32,000 nucleotides of DNA from NCBI GenBank assembly GCA_002716355.1, contig PBAU01000003.1:240001-272000 (forward strand). The letters run 5' to 3'. Below are positions 8,700 to 17,758 of the stretch, in pieces. Position 1 is the first letter of the stretch, and the number at the start of each line of letters is the position of its first letter. The DNA comes from a bacterium (GTDB taxonomy: Bacteria; UBP7; UBA6624). The notes under the pieces were generated by a model. It saw only the letters and a program-made list of their open reading frames with translations, searched no databases and had not been told where the DNA came from. A program made the position numbers and the translations under genes.

Positions 8700-9215
8700 T
8701 TGAAGAAAATGGCAATTATTGGCACACAAATCACAATCGACAAAAATGGAAGATTTGTCGTCCCCTCTGATAAAAGAAGAATTTTTGACAATTCAAGAAA
8801 TATCGTTATCGTTCTGGATGATGCAGATGAAATAAGACGAAGAGTTTTAATTTATTCTGGAAAAAGCCATTTAACTCATTTAAATCATCTAAGAAGCCTT
8901 GCATCCAAAGGCTTTTTGACAAAATCTGGAGAAAGGTTGACAAAGGCAGAGAGCTTAAGGGTTGTTTCAATGTATGAAGAAAATGCTATTGTTAGAAGAA
9001 TAGATCCGTCTGGAAGGATGTCACTGCCTTTAGAGATTCTTGGATTAGCAGGGATTAAAGATATCGCGTACATTGGAGGAGTGCAAAGAATTGCGCTTTA
9101 TTCTCCTCCAATATGGAAACAACTTGTAGAGGAAAGAGAACATTTATTGAAATCTCTTAGCTACGAACAAAGAGTTGAATTGGCTGAAATACCTTTTGAA
9201 GGCCATGTTGAATAA
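8700..9215 (+). CDS. mraZ: transcriptional regulator MraZ
   Basis: Two SpoVT/AbrB-type halves, each with the DxxxR motif: IDKNGRFVVPSDKRR and IDPSGRMSLPLEIL. It is the first gene of a mur cluster. The start is either the TTG at 8700 or the ATG at 8709. Confidence 0.8.
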   Translation: MKKMAIIGTQITIDKNGRFVVPSDKRRIFDNSRNIVIVLDDADEIRRRVLIYSGKSHLTHLNHLRSLASKGFLTKSGERLTKAESLRVVSMYEENAIVRRIDPSGRMSLPLEILGLAGIKDIAYIGGVQRIALYSPPIWKQLVEEREHLLKSLSYEQRVELAEIPFEGHVE

Positions 9216-9240
9216 AAAATTATGCTAAAAAGGAGGCATT

Positions 9241-9354
9241 ATGAACAATAACAGAAAACCAGGAACGTTAGATTTCTTTTTCGAGCTACTAGTTCCTGTA
9301 TTTTTTTTAGTAATACTAACTGGTTACTTCATTGTTTCAACACTAGTTGTTTAA
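9241..9354 (+). CDS. 37-aa single-pass membrane micro-protein (hypothetical)
   Basis: Not in the ORF track because it is under 60 aa. AAAGGAGG lies 5 nt upstream of the ATG at 9241. My translation: MNNNRKPGTLDFFFELLVPVFFLVILTGYFIVSTLVV. This is a charged N-terminus followed by one hydrophobic helix. Confidence 0.45.
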   Translation: MNNNRKPGTLDFFFELLVPVFFLVILTGYFIVSTLVV

Positions 9355-9459
9355 ATGGTGAAAGATATACCAAAATGGGCTGTAACAATAGCTATTAGCA
9401 CTATTGTTGCGAGCGGGATTCTTTTCCTAGCAGGGTCAATCATGGAGGCTTTAATTTAA
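9355..9459 (+). CDS. 34-aa single-pass membrane micro-protein (hypothetical)
   Basis: The ATG immediately follows the previous stop (TAAATG), and its own TAA is immediately followed by the murE TTG start. My translation: MVKDIPKWAVTIAISTIVASGILFLAGSIMEALI. Confidence 0.4.
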   Translation: MVKDIPKWAVTIAISTIVASGILFLAGSIMEALI

Positions 9460-10887
9460 TTGAATGTAAAAGAATTAATCTCCACGATTGATTGTCTGTA
9501 TCAAGGGGATCTGGATAGTCAAATTTCAAAAATAAAAGAAGATTCCAAAAAAGTACAAAAGAAAGATATATTTATAACGCATGCGGGCATACGCGCACAC
9601 GCAATAGAAGCACAAAGAAAAGGTGCATCAACAGTACTCACTCCAATATTCTTCAAAAACCTAAAGGTAAATCAGATAATTGGAGACACAGCAAAATTGA
9701 AAAAAGACTTAATGAAAAAAGTCTACAAAGAAGCAATCAACAATATGAAAATTATTGGAATAACTGGTACAGACGGAAAAACAACAACCTCACTGCTCAC
9801 AAATAGCATCATCAATCAATCAAAAAGATCAGCCTCTATAGGCACGTTGGGGGTAAGAGGCAATGATATAGACATCAAAACACAACTCACCACTCCTCAA
9901 GCTTCTGATTTACTAAATACTTTAAATAAGCTATACCAAAAAAAATACAAATATGCAACTCTTGAATGCTCATCACATGGCTTGTTTCAAGACAGGATAG
10001 ACCCAATCAAATTAGAAGCTGCTGCAATCAACAGAGTAACAAGAGATCATTTGGATTTCCACGGCAATCAAAAATACTACTTTAAAGCAAAATCTCTAAT
10101 TTTTTCAAAACTGAATAATGGATCACCTGCAATAATCAATTCAAGCTCTCCATGGCTTGAAGCTTTGCAAAAAAAATATCCAAAATTGAATTGGATAACA
10201 TGGGGTAAAGAAAAAGGGGATGTGGTTGGAAGGATAATTTCCAAAACATTAACAAGATCAATTATTCAGATAAATCTTCCTGAAAGGAAAAATATTGAAG
10301 TAGAAACAAGCCTTGTAGGTGATTTCCAAATAGAAAACATCCTTGCATCCATATCTTTATGCCATAGCCTTGGATTTTCTGAATCCGAAATCATAAATGG
10401 AATATATAAACTCAAAAACGTACCAGGAAGAATGCAAAAAATAAAAAATGAAAAAACAAATGTATTTATTGATTATGCTCATACACCAAACGCAATAAAA
10501 AATTCAATTAAATCGTTGAAAACTGTATGCAAAGGAAGAGTTTTTGCTGTATTTGGATGTGGTGGAGACAGAGACAAGGGAAAGAGGCCTGAAATGATGA
10601 AAGCAGGCATGAATGCAGATAAATTATTCATTACATCAGATAACCCAAGAACAGAAAATCCAGATTCAATAATTAAAGATATGTTAAGCCAATGCAAACA
10701 ACCAAAAGGAATTGAGATTGAGAAAAACAGGAAAAAAGCGATTAAAAATGCAATTCAATCAGCAAAAAAAGATGATGTTGTTCTTATTGCAGGAAAAGGT
10801 CATGAAGAGTACCAAATAATAGGCGAAACAAAAAAACCTCATAATGATCTACTTTTTGCTAAGGAGGTACTTGCAAGTTGCGCTTAA
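9460..10887 (+). CDS. murE: UDP-N-acetylmuramoyl-L-alanyl-D-glutamate--2,6-diaminopimelate ligase
   Basis: Mur ligase P-loop GITGTDGKTTT, FGCGGDRDKGKRP, and the DAP-specificity motif SDNPRTE. TTG start with no alternative in-frame ATG nearby. Confidence 0.93.
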   Translation: MNVKELISTIDCLYQGDLDSQISKIKEDSKKVQKKDIFITHAGIRAHAIEAQRKGASTVLTPIFFKNLKVNQIIGDTAKLKKDLMKKVYKEAINNMKIIGITGTDGKTTTSLLTNSIINQSKRSASIGTLGVRGNDIDIKTQLTTPQASDLLNTLNKLYQKKYKYATLECSSHGLFQDRIDPIKLEAAAINRVTRDHLDFHGNQKYYFKAKSLIFSKLNNGSPAIINSSSPWLEALQKKYPKLNWITWGKEKGDVVGRIISKTLTRSIIQINLPERKNIEVETSLVGDFQIENILASISLCHSLGFSESEIINGIYKLKNVPGRMQKIKNEKTNVFIDYAHTPNAIKNSIKSLKTVCKGRVFAVFGCGGDRDKGKRPEMMKAGMNADKLFITSDNPRTENPDSIIKDMLSQCKQPKGIEIEKNRKKAIKNAIQSAKKDDVVLIAGKGHEEYQIIGETKKPHNDLLFAKEVLASCA

Positions 10888-12239
10888 CACCCCAAAACAT
10901 AATAAAAGCTCTAGGTAAAAAGGGGAGCGGACGGATACCGCCTAGCAATCTTTACATCACAAATGATTCAAGAAAAGTAAAAGAAAATTCTTTATTTGTT
11001 GCAATGAATGGCAAAAAAACAAATGGTAAAAAATTTATCAAACAAGCAATACAAAAAGGTGCTTCAGCAATAATTTCAAATGAAAAACTAAACCTTGGGA
11101 AAAAGATATGGGTATTAAACCACAAAGACCCACAGACTGCATATGGAAAAATAGCAAACACAGCAAGAAAAGAATGGGGTGGGAATGTTATCGGGATAAC
11201 AGGCTCTATAGGAAAATCAACAATTAAGGATCTGACTGCAGCAGCGCTTGGGACAAATGAAGATGTTGCCGCTTCACCCTACTCTTTTAATAATGAAATT
11301 GGGCTTCCTTATTCAATACTTAATGCAAAAGGCACAGAAAAATACATGGTCCTTGAAATGGGTGCAAAAAACCCTGGAGACATCAACTATTTAAAAAAAA
11401 TTGCAGAACCAAACTGTGCAATCTATTCTTTCATATGCAACAGCCACGCAGAATATCTAGGCGGCATACAAGGAGTAATAAAAGAAAAGGGGTCATTAGT
11501 TTCTGGCTGGAAGGAGGATAAAAGCTTAGTGATATCGTCAAAAAACAATCATCACAGAGAAATATCAAAACTTTCATCTGGTGCAAAAATAATCAAATGG
11601 GGACCTGGAGAACAAATCGATTCTGAAGAAATCAAATTGGACAAATATGGAATTCCTAGTTTCAAAATTAAATACAAAAACAAAACATATAAAGTTAACT
11701 TGAGTTTGCCGGGTTCTTTCCAGGTTGGAAATTCTTTAGCAGCATTATCTGCAGCTATTAATTTCAATGTTGATTTAAATAACGCCATAACAAGAATAGA
11801 GAAAGTCAAACCTCTTCCACACAGGAAAGAAATACATGAAATTAGGAATGATGGAATTTTATTAGATGATTGCTATAACGCAGGTGCAAAATCAACAAAA
11901 GAAAGCATTAGATGGGCTTCTTCAATATCTGTTAAACGGCCAAAAGTAATGATACTGGGTGACATTCTAGAAACTGGCAATAATGAAATAAAAATGCATA
12001 AAGAAATCGGAAAAATAATTAAAGATAATCAATATTCTCAATTATTAACAGTTGGAAATTTAGCAAAACATGCATTAAAGGAATCAGGTATAGATGGTTC
12101 ACATTATCAGAAAATTGATGATCTTCTGAATGATTTAAAAAAATATGATTTTTCAGCAAAGGTCATACTTGTAAAAGGTTCAAGATCAATACGGCTTGAA
12201 AAAATTACAAAAAAAATTAGGGAGATTTTTTCTACGTAA
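10878..12239 (+). CDS. murF: UDP-N-acetylmuramoyl-tripeptide--D-alanyl-D-alanine ligase
   Basis: GITGSIGKSTIKD P-loop, the LDDCYNAG motif, and its position between murE and mraY. The TTG start overlaps murE by 10 nt. Confidence 0.9.
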   Translation: MRLTPQNIIKALGKKGSGRIPPSNLYITNDSRKVKENSLFVAMNGKKTNGKKFIKQAIQKGASAIISNEKLNLGKKIWVLNHKDPQTAYGKIANTARKEWGGNVIGITGSIGKSTIKDLTAAALGTNEDVAASPYSFNNEIGLPYSILNAKGTEKYMVLEMGAKNPGDINYLKKIAEPNCAIYSFICNSHAEYLGGIQGVIKEKGSLVSGWKEDKSLVISSKNNHHREISKLSSGAKIIKWGPGEQIDSEEIKLDKYGIPSFKIKYKNKTYKVNLSLPGSFQVGNSLAALSAAINFNVDLNNAITRIEKVKPLPHRKEIHEIRNDGILLDDCYNAGAKSTKESIRWASSISVKRPKVMILGDILETGNNEIKMHKEIGKIIKDNQYSQLLTVGNLAKHALKESGIDGSHYQKIDDLLNDLKKYDFSAKVILVKGSRSIRLEKITKKIREIFST

Positions 12240-12242
12240 GAA

Positions 12243-13298
12243 ATGAACTTTTTCAACAAGCACTCTTTTTTTTATACATTGTGCTTTTTGATAATTTTCA
12301 ATTTCATACTTGACCAAAATCCACATAACAGTATTTATATAAGCGACAATTTTCCTAAGCTAAATTACCAAAATCTCTTAATCGGGATATTCATACTCGC
12401 AATATTTTCATTTAATTCATACTTAAAAGTTGCAGGCAGAAAAGGCTGGGGCCAATACGTAAGACGGGAAGGATTAAAAACACACTTGAAAAAAACAGGC
12501 ACGCCAACAGCGGCAGGATGGATATTTTTTGTGATGTCAATTGTCCCACTTTGTATTCTCTTACCCAATTTTCTAATGAATAAAAATATTTTATGGGTAC
12601 CCCTGCTAGCAATAACGGTGATGTTCCTGACTGGACTAATGGATGATCTTTACAAAATAAAAGGAACAAAGGAGGGTCTTCTTGCAAGATATAGGCTTTT
12701 AGCTCAATTTTTAGTTGGCTCTCTTTTAGGGTATTACTTCCTACCTTGGGATTTATATACCAACATAGCTGTTGGTTTCTTATTGTTTGGTACTGCCGTC
12801 AATGGTATTAATTTTACCGATGGATCTGATGGTCTTCTGGCGGCAGTTATCCTTGCAACACCAATTGGGCTTTTAATACTTTATGCCATCTCTCAAACCA
12901 TGGGAATAGGTTTTCCTATCGTAAGCTCTAAGTTTGTTTTTGTTTTATTGGGTTTACTAATGCTCTCATGGATTCCTTTCAATAAATATCCTGCTAAATT
13001 ATTCATGGGTGAAACTGGCTCCTACACAATTGGAGCAATAGTAGGCTTCGTTGCAATATATTCACTACAAAGCGAACCGATAATTACTTTTCTGCTGCTC
13101 TCTGTACCGATTTTCCAAATTGCAACTGTTGTAATTCAGGTTTTCTTTTATAAAAAATTTGGCATAAGGGTATTTCTGATGGCTCCATTTCATCATCATC
13201 TTGAAAAAAAAGGATGGAGTGAAAACAAAATAGCCTACTCAGCTTTCTTTTTTCAATTGCTTTTAACTGTTTCTCTAATAGGGAGTGTTACCTACTAA
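12243..13298 (+). CDS. mraY: phospho-N-acetylmuramoyl-pentapeptide transferase
   Basis: GQYVRREGLKTHLKKTGTPTAAG, NGINFTDGSDGL and MAPFHHHLEKKGWSE match conserved MraY motifs. The protein is polytopic and hydrophobic. Confidence 0.95.
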   Translation: MNFFNKHSFFYTLCFLIIFNFILDQNPHNSIYISDNFPKLNYQNLLIGIFILAIFSFNSYLKVAGRKGWGQYVRREGLKTHLKKTGTPTAAGWIFFVMSIVPLCILLPNFLMNKNILWVPLLAITVMFLTGLMDDLYKIKGTKEGLLARYRLLAQFLVGSLLGYYFLPWDLYTNIAVGFLLFGTAVNGINFTDGSDGLLAAVILATPIGLLILYAISQTMGIGFPIVSSKFVFVLLGLLMLSWIPFNKYPAKLFMGETGSYTIGAIVGFVAIYSLQSEPIITFLLLSVPIFQIATVVIQVFFYKKFGIRVFLMAPFHHHLEKKGWSENKIAYSAFFFQLLLTVSLIGSVTY

Positions 13299-14488
13299 TG
13301 AAAACGCTTGTTTATGGCATGGGTATAAGTGGCAAATCCACTGCTGAGCACTTAAAAAGAAAAAGGGAAGATTTTGTTGTTTATGACGATAACAAAAAAT
13401 CAAAAAAATACACCAATTGGAATCAAGATCTTTCTGGGATAAAAACAATAGTGGCTTCTCCTGGGATACCTTCTACGAATACGATTTTAAAAAAAGCTCA
13501 AAATCTGAACATACCAATACATTGCGACATTGGTCTTGCATCTTTTGAGAAGAAACTACCAAAAATAATTTCTGTAACTGGCACTGCTGGAAAGACAACA
13601 CTTGTCAGCCTACTTGTCGATGTTTTAAATGCAAATGGAAAAAAATCAATAGCATTAGGGAACTATGGTCTTTCCCCATTGGATATACTGAAAAGCAATT
13701 ACGAATACTGGGTCATAGAAGTTTCAAGTTTTCAATCAAAAAGACTCGCCTTTTTAAAACCAAACATAGGCATTTATTTAAATCTTTCTCAAAACCATCT
13801 TGATTGGCATGAAACGATTGAAGATTACAAAATTTGCAAAGGAACAATCTTCAAGAACCAAGATGCTGATGATTTGAGAATAGTAAATTCTGATCTTGAA
13901 AAAAAATACATCAAAGGCAAAGCAAAAGAAAAAGAAATAAAGAAAAATGAATTTTCAAATTTAAGAAAAGATATTCATGAAGACACCTTGTCTACTGTTG
14001 GCTTATGCATAAAAGAGTTAAACCTGAATCACGAAATAGCCAAGCAGTCAATCATTAATTTTAAGACGTTAATGCATAGGTATCAAAAAATAACTACAAA
14101 TGATGGGATCCATTGGATTAATGATTCAAAAGCAACAACCCCTCTTGCTACATTAACTGCTATAGAGAGAACTCCTGTTGGATCAATAGTCCTAATGGGT
14201 GGAAGTGACAAAGACCTTGACTACAAAAAAACATTAAAGAAAATAAAAAATAAAAAAATGAAATTAATACCATTTGGTGGTATATCCCATGCATTACACA
14301 AAGAAGCAAGCAAGCTTTCAGTAGATTCATCAAAACCATGTAATTCATTAGAAAAAGCAATTCAAAAAGCAAAAAATAACGGAAAAGGAAAAACCATACT
14401 GCTATCGCCAGGAACAGCAAGTTTTGACGAGTTTACAGGCTACGCACAAAGAGGAATGTACTTTATCGAAAAAATAAAAGGAGGTTGA
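13298..14488 (+). CDS. murD: UDP-N-acetylmuramoylalanine--D-glutamate ligase
   Basis: ISVTGTAGKTT P-loop, NDSKATT, and LLSPGTASFDEF near the C-terminus. TAATG overlap with mraY. At 396 aa it is somewhat shorter than typical MurD. Confidence 0.9.
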   Translation: MKTLVYGMGISGKSTAEHLKRKREDFVVYDDNKKSKKYTNWNQDLSGIKTIVASPGIPSTNTILKKAQNLNIPIHCDIGLASFEKKLPKIISVTGTAGKTTLVSLLVDVLNANGKKSIALGNYGLSPLDILKSNYEYWVIEVSSFQSKRLAFLKPNIGIYLNLSQNHLDWHETIEDYKICKGTIFKNQDADDLRIVNSDLEKKYIKGKAKEKEIKKNEFSNLRKDIHEDTLSTVGLCIKELNLNHEIAKQSIINFKTLMHRYQKITTNDGIHWINDSKATTPLATLTAIERTPVGSIVLMGGSDKDLDYKKTLKKIKNKKMKLIPFGGISHALHKEASKLSVDSSKPCNSLEKAIQKAKNNGKGKTILLSPGTASFDEFTGYAQRGMYFIEKIKGG

Positions 14489-14490
14489 TT

Positions 14491-15897
14491 ATGGATAGTC
14501 AAAAAAACATACACTTTATAGCAATGGGGGGAAGCGGAATGGAGCCTCTTGCAAGATGGTGCGCAGAAAAAGGATATAAAGTTTCAGGTTCTGATATTTC
14601 AGAAAAATCAGTAAAAAAACTAAATAAACTTGGTTTCAACTGCAAGCTTAAACACTCTGAAGATAATATTCCGAGCGATTGCAATCTTGTTGTTTATTCC
14701 AACGCAATACCAGAAAACAATATAGAGGTTCAAGAGGCAAAGCAAAGAAACATAACAAGATTACATAGACCAATATTTCTTGCAAAACAATTTAACAAAG
14801 CAGAAAAAAGAATAGCTGTAACTGGAACTCATGGGAAAACAACAACAAGCTCTTTGATATCGTGGATTGTGTATAAGTCCGGAAGGGATCCTAATGTTCT
14901 CATTGGTGGAGAAATGCTTAACTGGAATGCTGGCTATAAAGTTGGAAGAAATAACTATTTTGTTGTTGAGGCAGATGAAAGTAATCCTGAATTTGTAAAT
15001 CTTGATCCAACAACACTTGTTCTAAACAATCTAGATTGCGATCACATGGACACATACAGAACAATGGAAAATCTTGAAAGATACATTACGGATTACATAA
15101 CAAGCCGTGATGAAAAATGCAATTTCGTAATGCCTAGAGAAAAAGGATTAGGAATGTCAAGAATACTTGAAAATAGTTCAATTAGACCGGGCAGCATCAT
15201 CACAACAGCTTTAATCGAAGACGACAAAGAACTTGGTCAAGGAAGCATGGCTGACAGAGCGTTGCTGGAGGGAAAAATAATCAGCGAAGGTGAAAGAGGG
15301 ATGCTAATGAGAGTTTTGTATTATGGCCTTCCATTAGGTGAATTCTTTTTACCTCTTTCAGGAAAGCATAATGCAAGAAATGTTCTTTCAGCAATTGGTG
15401 CATGCTTGACATTAGGGATGGATGAAAATGAAATTTATGAAGGCTTAAGGTCTTTTAAGGGTGTAGGCAAAAGAATGGAAAAAATTGGCGATACTGTTAT
15501 AGGTGAAATTTTTTCAGATTATGCACATCATCCTACAGCTCTTAGAGAAACACTAAAAAGTATTAAAAATAAATATAAAAATAAAAAAATTGGAATCGTT
15601 TTTGAGCCACATAGGTACACAAGATTGCAAAAAACACATGAACAATTTTCAAATGTTTTAAACTCTTTTAAATTCAATCAAAAACTAATATTGCCAATTT
15701 ATACAGCAGGAGAGAAAAAAATTGATGGAATAAGCAGTGAACTGCTTGTAAGAAAAAATCCTGACTGCCAATTGGTAAAACAAGAAGACATAATTGAAAA
15801 TCTTGAAAATGGTGAAAATGATATAGTCGTATTTTTAGGAGCAGGAAGCATACATAAAATTGCTCATCAAACATTTAAACTTTGTCAAATTAACTAA
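14491..15897 (+). CDS. murC: UDP-N-acetylmuramate--L-alanine ligase
   Basis: HFIAMGGSGMEPLARWCAEKGYKVSGSD and VTGTHGKTTTSSL are MurC signatures. I prefer the ATG at 14491, which lies 6 nt after AAAGGAGG; the track offers the TTG at 14485. Confidence 0.93.
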   Translation: MDSQKNIHFIAMGGSGMEPLARWCAEKGYKVSGSDISEKSVKKLNKLGFNCKLKHSEDNIPSDCNLVVYSNAIPENNIEVQEAKQRNITRLHRPIFLAKQFNKAEKRIAVTGTHGKTTTSSLISWIVYKSGRDPNVLIGGEMLNWNAGYKVGRNNYFVVEADESNPEFVNLDPTTLVLNNLDCDHMDTYRTMENLERYITDYITSRDEKCNFVMPREKGLGMSRILENSSIRPGSIITTALIEDDKELGQGSMADRALLEGKIISEGERGMLMRVLYYGLPLGEFFLPLSGKHNARNVLSAIGACLTLGMDENEIYEGLRSFKGVGKRMEKIGDTVIGEIFSDYAHHPTALRETLKSIKNKYKNKKIGIVFEPHRYTRLQKTHEQFSNVLNSFKFNQKLILPIYTAGEKKIDGISSELLVRKNPDCQLVKQEDIIENLENGENDIVVFLGAGSIHKIAHQTFKLCQIN

Positions 15898-16766
15898 TGC
15901 TACAAAAATTTAAAAACTTTGATGGTAAAAATCTAACCACCTTCAAAATTGGTGGAAAGATCGGAAAACTCCTTATTGCATCAAATATAAAAGAACTAAA
16001 AGAAGCAATTCAAATTCTTTCAAATGAAAAAAAATGGCTGATTTTAGGTGCTGGAAGCAATATTTTAATGTCAGACAAAGGGCTAGATGGGGCAATAAAG
16101 CTTAAAGGAGATTTTTTAAAAATTACACATCATAAAAACCTAATATCCTGTGGTGGCGGAGCATTTGGATCAGCAGTAGTTAAATATGCTGAAAATCAAT
16201 CCCTATCTGGAATAGAACCATTTTCAGGACTGCCGGGAACCGTTGGCGGATGGATAGCAACAAACTGCGGCCCAAAAGAAATGAACATTATCGATATACT
16301 GGAATCAGTTACAGTCATAAATAAAAAAACACTTCGGATAAAAACACTTCGGAAAAAAGATTTTGACTATAGTTACAGATACTGTTCGCTAAAAAATCAA
16401 TACGGAATAATCAATGTCAACTTCAAATTGAGGAACAAACAAAAAGAAGAAATAAAACAAAAAAATAAAAAATATATGAAGTACAGATTGTCAACACAGC
16501 CTAAAGGAAGTTCTGTAGGTTGTATATTCAAAAACCCTAAAGGTAAATCAGCTGGAAAGATAATAGATTCATGTGGCCTTAAAGGGTTTAAAATGAAAAA
16601 TTTACAAATTTCAAAAACACATGGAAACTTCATAATAAATCAAGGAAAATCAAAAGCTGAAGATGTATTTGAAATGATAGAGCTTATCAAAAAAAATGTA
16701 TTTTCAAAAACAGGAATAAGGCTAACTGCTGAAGTCGAAAAAATAGGACATTTCAAACATGAATGA
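15897..16766 (+). CDS. murB: UDP-N-acetylenolpyruvoylglucosamine reductase
   Basis: FAD-binding N-terminus LTTFKIGGKIG...ILGAGSNILMSD, plus SSVGCIFKNP. TAATG overlap with murC. Confidence 0.9.
   Translation: MLQKFKNFDGKNLTTFKIGGKIGKLLIASNIKELKEAIQILSNEKKWLILGAGSNILMSDKGLDGAIKLKGDFLKITHHKNLISCGGGAFGSAVVKYAENQSLSGIEPFSGLPGTVGGWIATNCGPKEMNIIDILESVTVINKKTLRIKTLRKKDFDYSYRYCSLKNQYGIINVNFKLRNKQKEEIKQKNKKYMKYRLSTQPKGSSVGCIFKNPKGKSAGKIIDSCGLKGFKMKNLQISKTHGNFIINQGKSKAEDVFEMIELIKKNVFSKTGIRLTAEVEKIGHFKHE
16326..16355 (+). repeat. in-frame 15-bp tandem duplication inside murB
   Basis: AAAACACTTCGGATA (16326-16340) is followed directly by AAAACACTTCGGAAA (16341-16355), 14 of 15 identical. The two copies encode KTLRI and KTLRK. 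Confidence 0.9.
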
Positions 16767-17757
16767 TAACTTATTTGGAAAACAAGAAAAAAACAAACTA
16801 GACATAAATGTAAAAATTATTGCTTTAGGAGGTGCAGGATGCAAAATATTAAAAAGGATTAATAGCAGATTGCATAAAAACATTCAAAAGGATGCAATAG
16901 ACACATCAATATCAAGCTTAAACAATCTTTCAGAAGATATCAAAAAATACAACGTAGCAACAGATAGATATGGAGGAAAAGGTACTGATTGTGATTATTA
17001 TGGATTAAAAGAATACCTCGTTGAAGACAGGATGGAAAATATAAAAATTGAAAAAACAGAAAATATTGATTTAATAATTTTTATATCCTGCTTGGGCTAT
17101 GGCAGTGGGTCAGCAATTCTTCCATGGGCGCTTGAACAGCTAGAAGAATCATTGGACCAACTTGGAAGAAAAACAATCAAACTAGGTTTTTTTATCCAAC
17201 CTGCAATAAATGAAAACCCTGACTCTTTAGAAATAATTGACGACTCTTTGAAGCATTCAAATGAAAAACTTGATTCCTACTTGATGATATCAAACGATAA
17301 ACTCTATTCAAATTTTCAAGGAACATTAGAAGATGCCTTGCATAAAGCTGATTCTTGCCTTATGGAAATTATTGACTTAATTATTAAAAATAATTACAAC
17401 ACCATAAATCTAGACAAGGCAAACATACTGGAGTTTTTTAGAAATGCAGGGCAAATACATTTCGGACAAGGAAAATCAAAAGAAGAAACAATGATACATA
17501 TGGCTATTGAAGAATCATTTGAGGGGGCGTTGTTAAGACCATTGCCAATAAACAAACCTCCCCGTAGGGCTTTATGCTGGATAAATGGCCCTCCAATTAG
17601 TGCTTGCCTGCATCAAGAAATAGTGGAAAGCATATCCTCAAGACTATCCCCTTCCATTAATGGAAAACAAGGAAAAGTTAACATATCAATAAATACAATG
17701 AATCAAAAAATGGTCGAAATACACCTGATGCTAAGTAGCAAACAGAGAATTGCATAA
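16759..17757 (+). CDS. divergent, short FtsZ/tubulin-superfamily protein in the ftsZ position
   Basis: Overlaps murB by 8 nt. By-eye alignment to FtsZ: VKIIALGGAGCKI (T1), DLIIFISCLGYGSGSAILP (T4, nt 17095-17115), LMISNDKLY (T6/H7), NTINLDKANILEFF (T7). The motifs are degenerate and there is no C-terminal linker or tail. Confidence 0.6.
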   Translation: MNDNLFGKQEKNKLDINVKIIALGGAGCKILKRINSRLHKNIQKDAIDTSISSLNNLSEDIKKYNVATDRYGGKGTDCDYYGLKEYLVEDRMENIKIEKTENIDLIIFISCLGYGSGSAILPWALEQLEESLDQLGRKTIKLGFFIQPAINENPDSLEIIDDSLKHSNEKLDSYLMISNDKLYSNFQGTLEDALHKADSCLMEIIDLIIKNNYNTINLDKANILEFFRNAGQIHFGQGKSKEETMIHMAIEESFEGALLRPLPINKPPRRALCWINGPPISACLHQEIVESISSRLSPSINGKQGKVNISINTMNQKMVEIHLMLSSKQRIA

Positions 17758-17758
17758 A

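Noticed and set aside
8700-9215. The AbrB/SpoVT-fold protein could be a MazE-like antitoxin or transition-state regulator rather than MraZ.
   Set aside because: It has the duplicated two-half architecture, each half with a DxxxR motif. It heads a mur gene cluster and no toxin partner follows it. MraZ is the better call.
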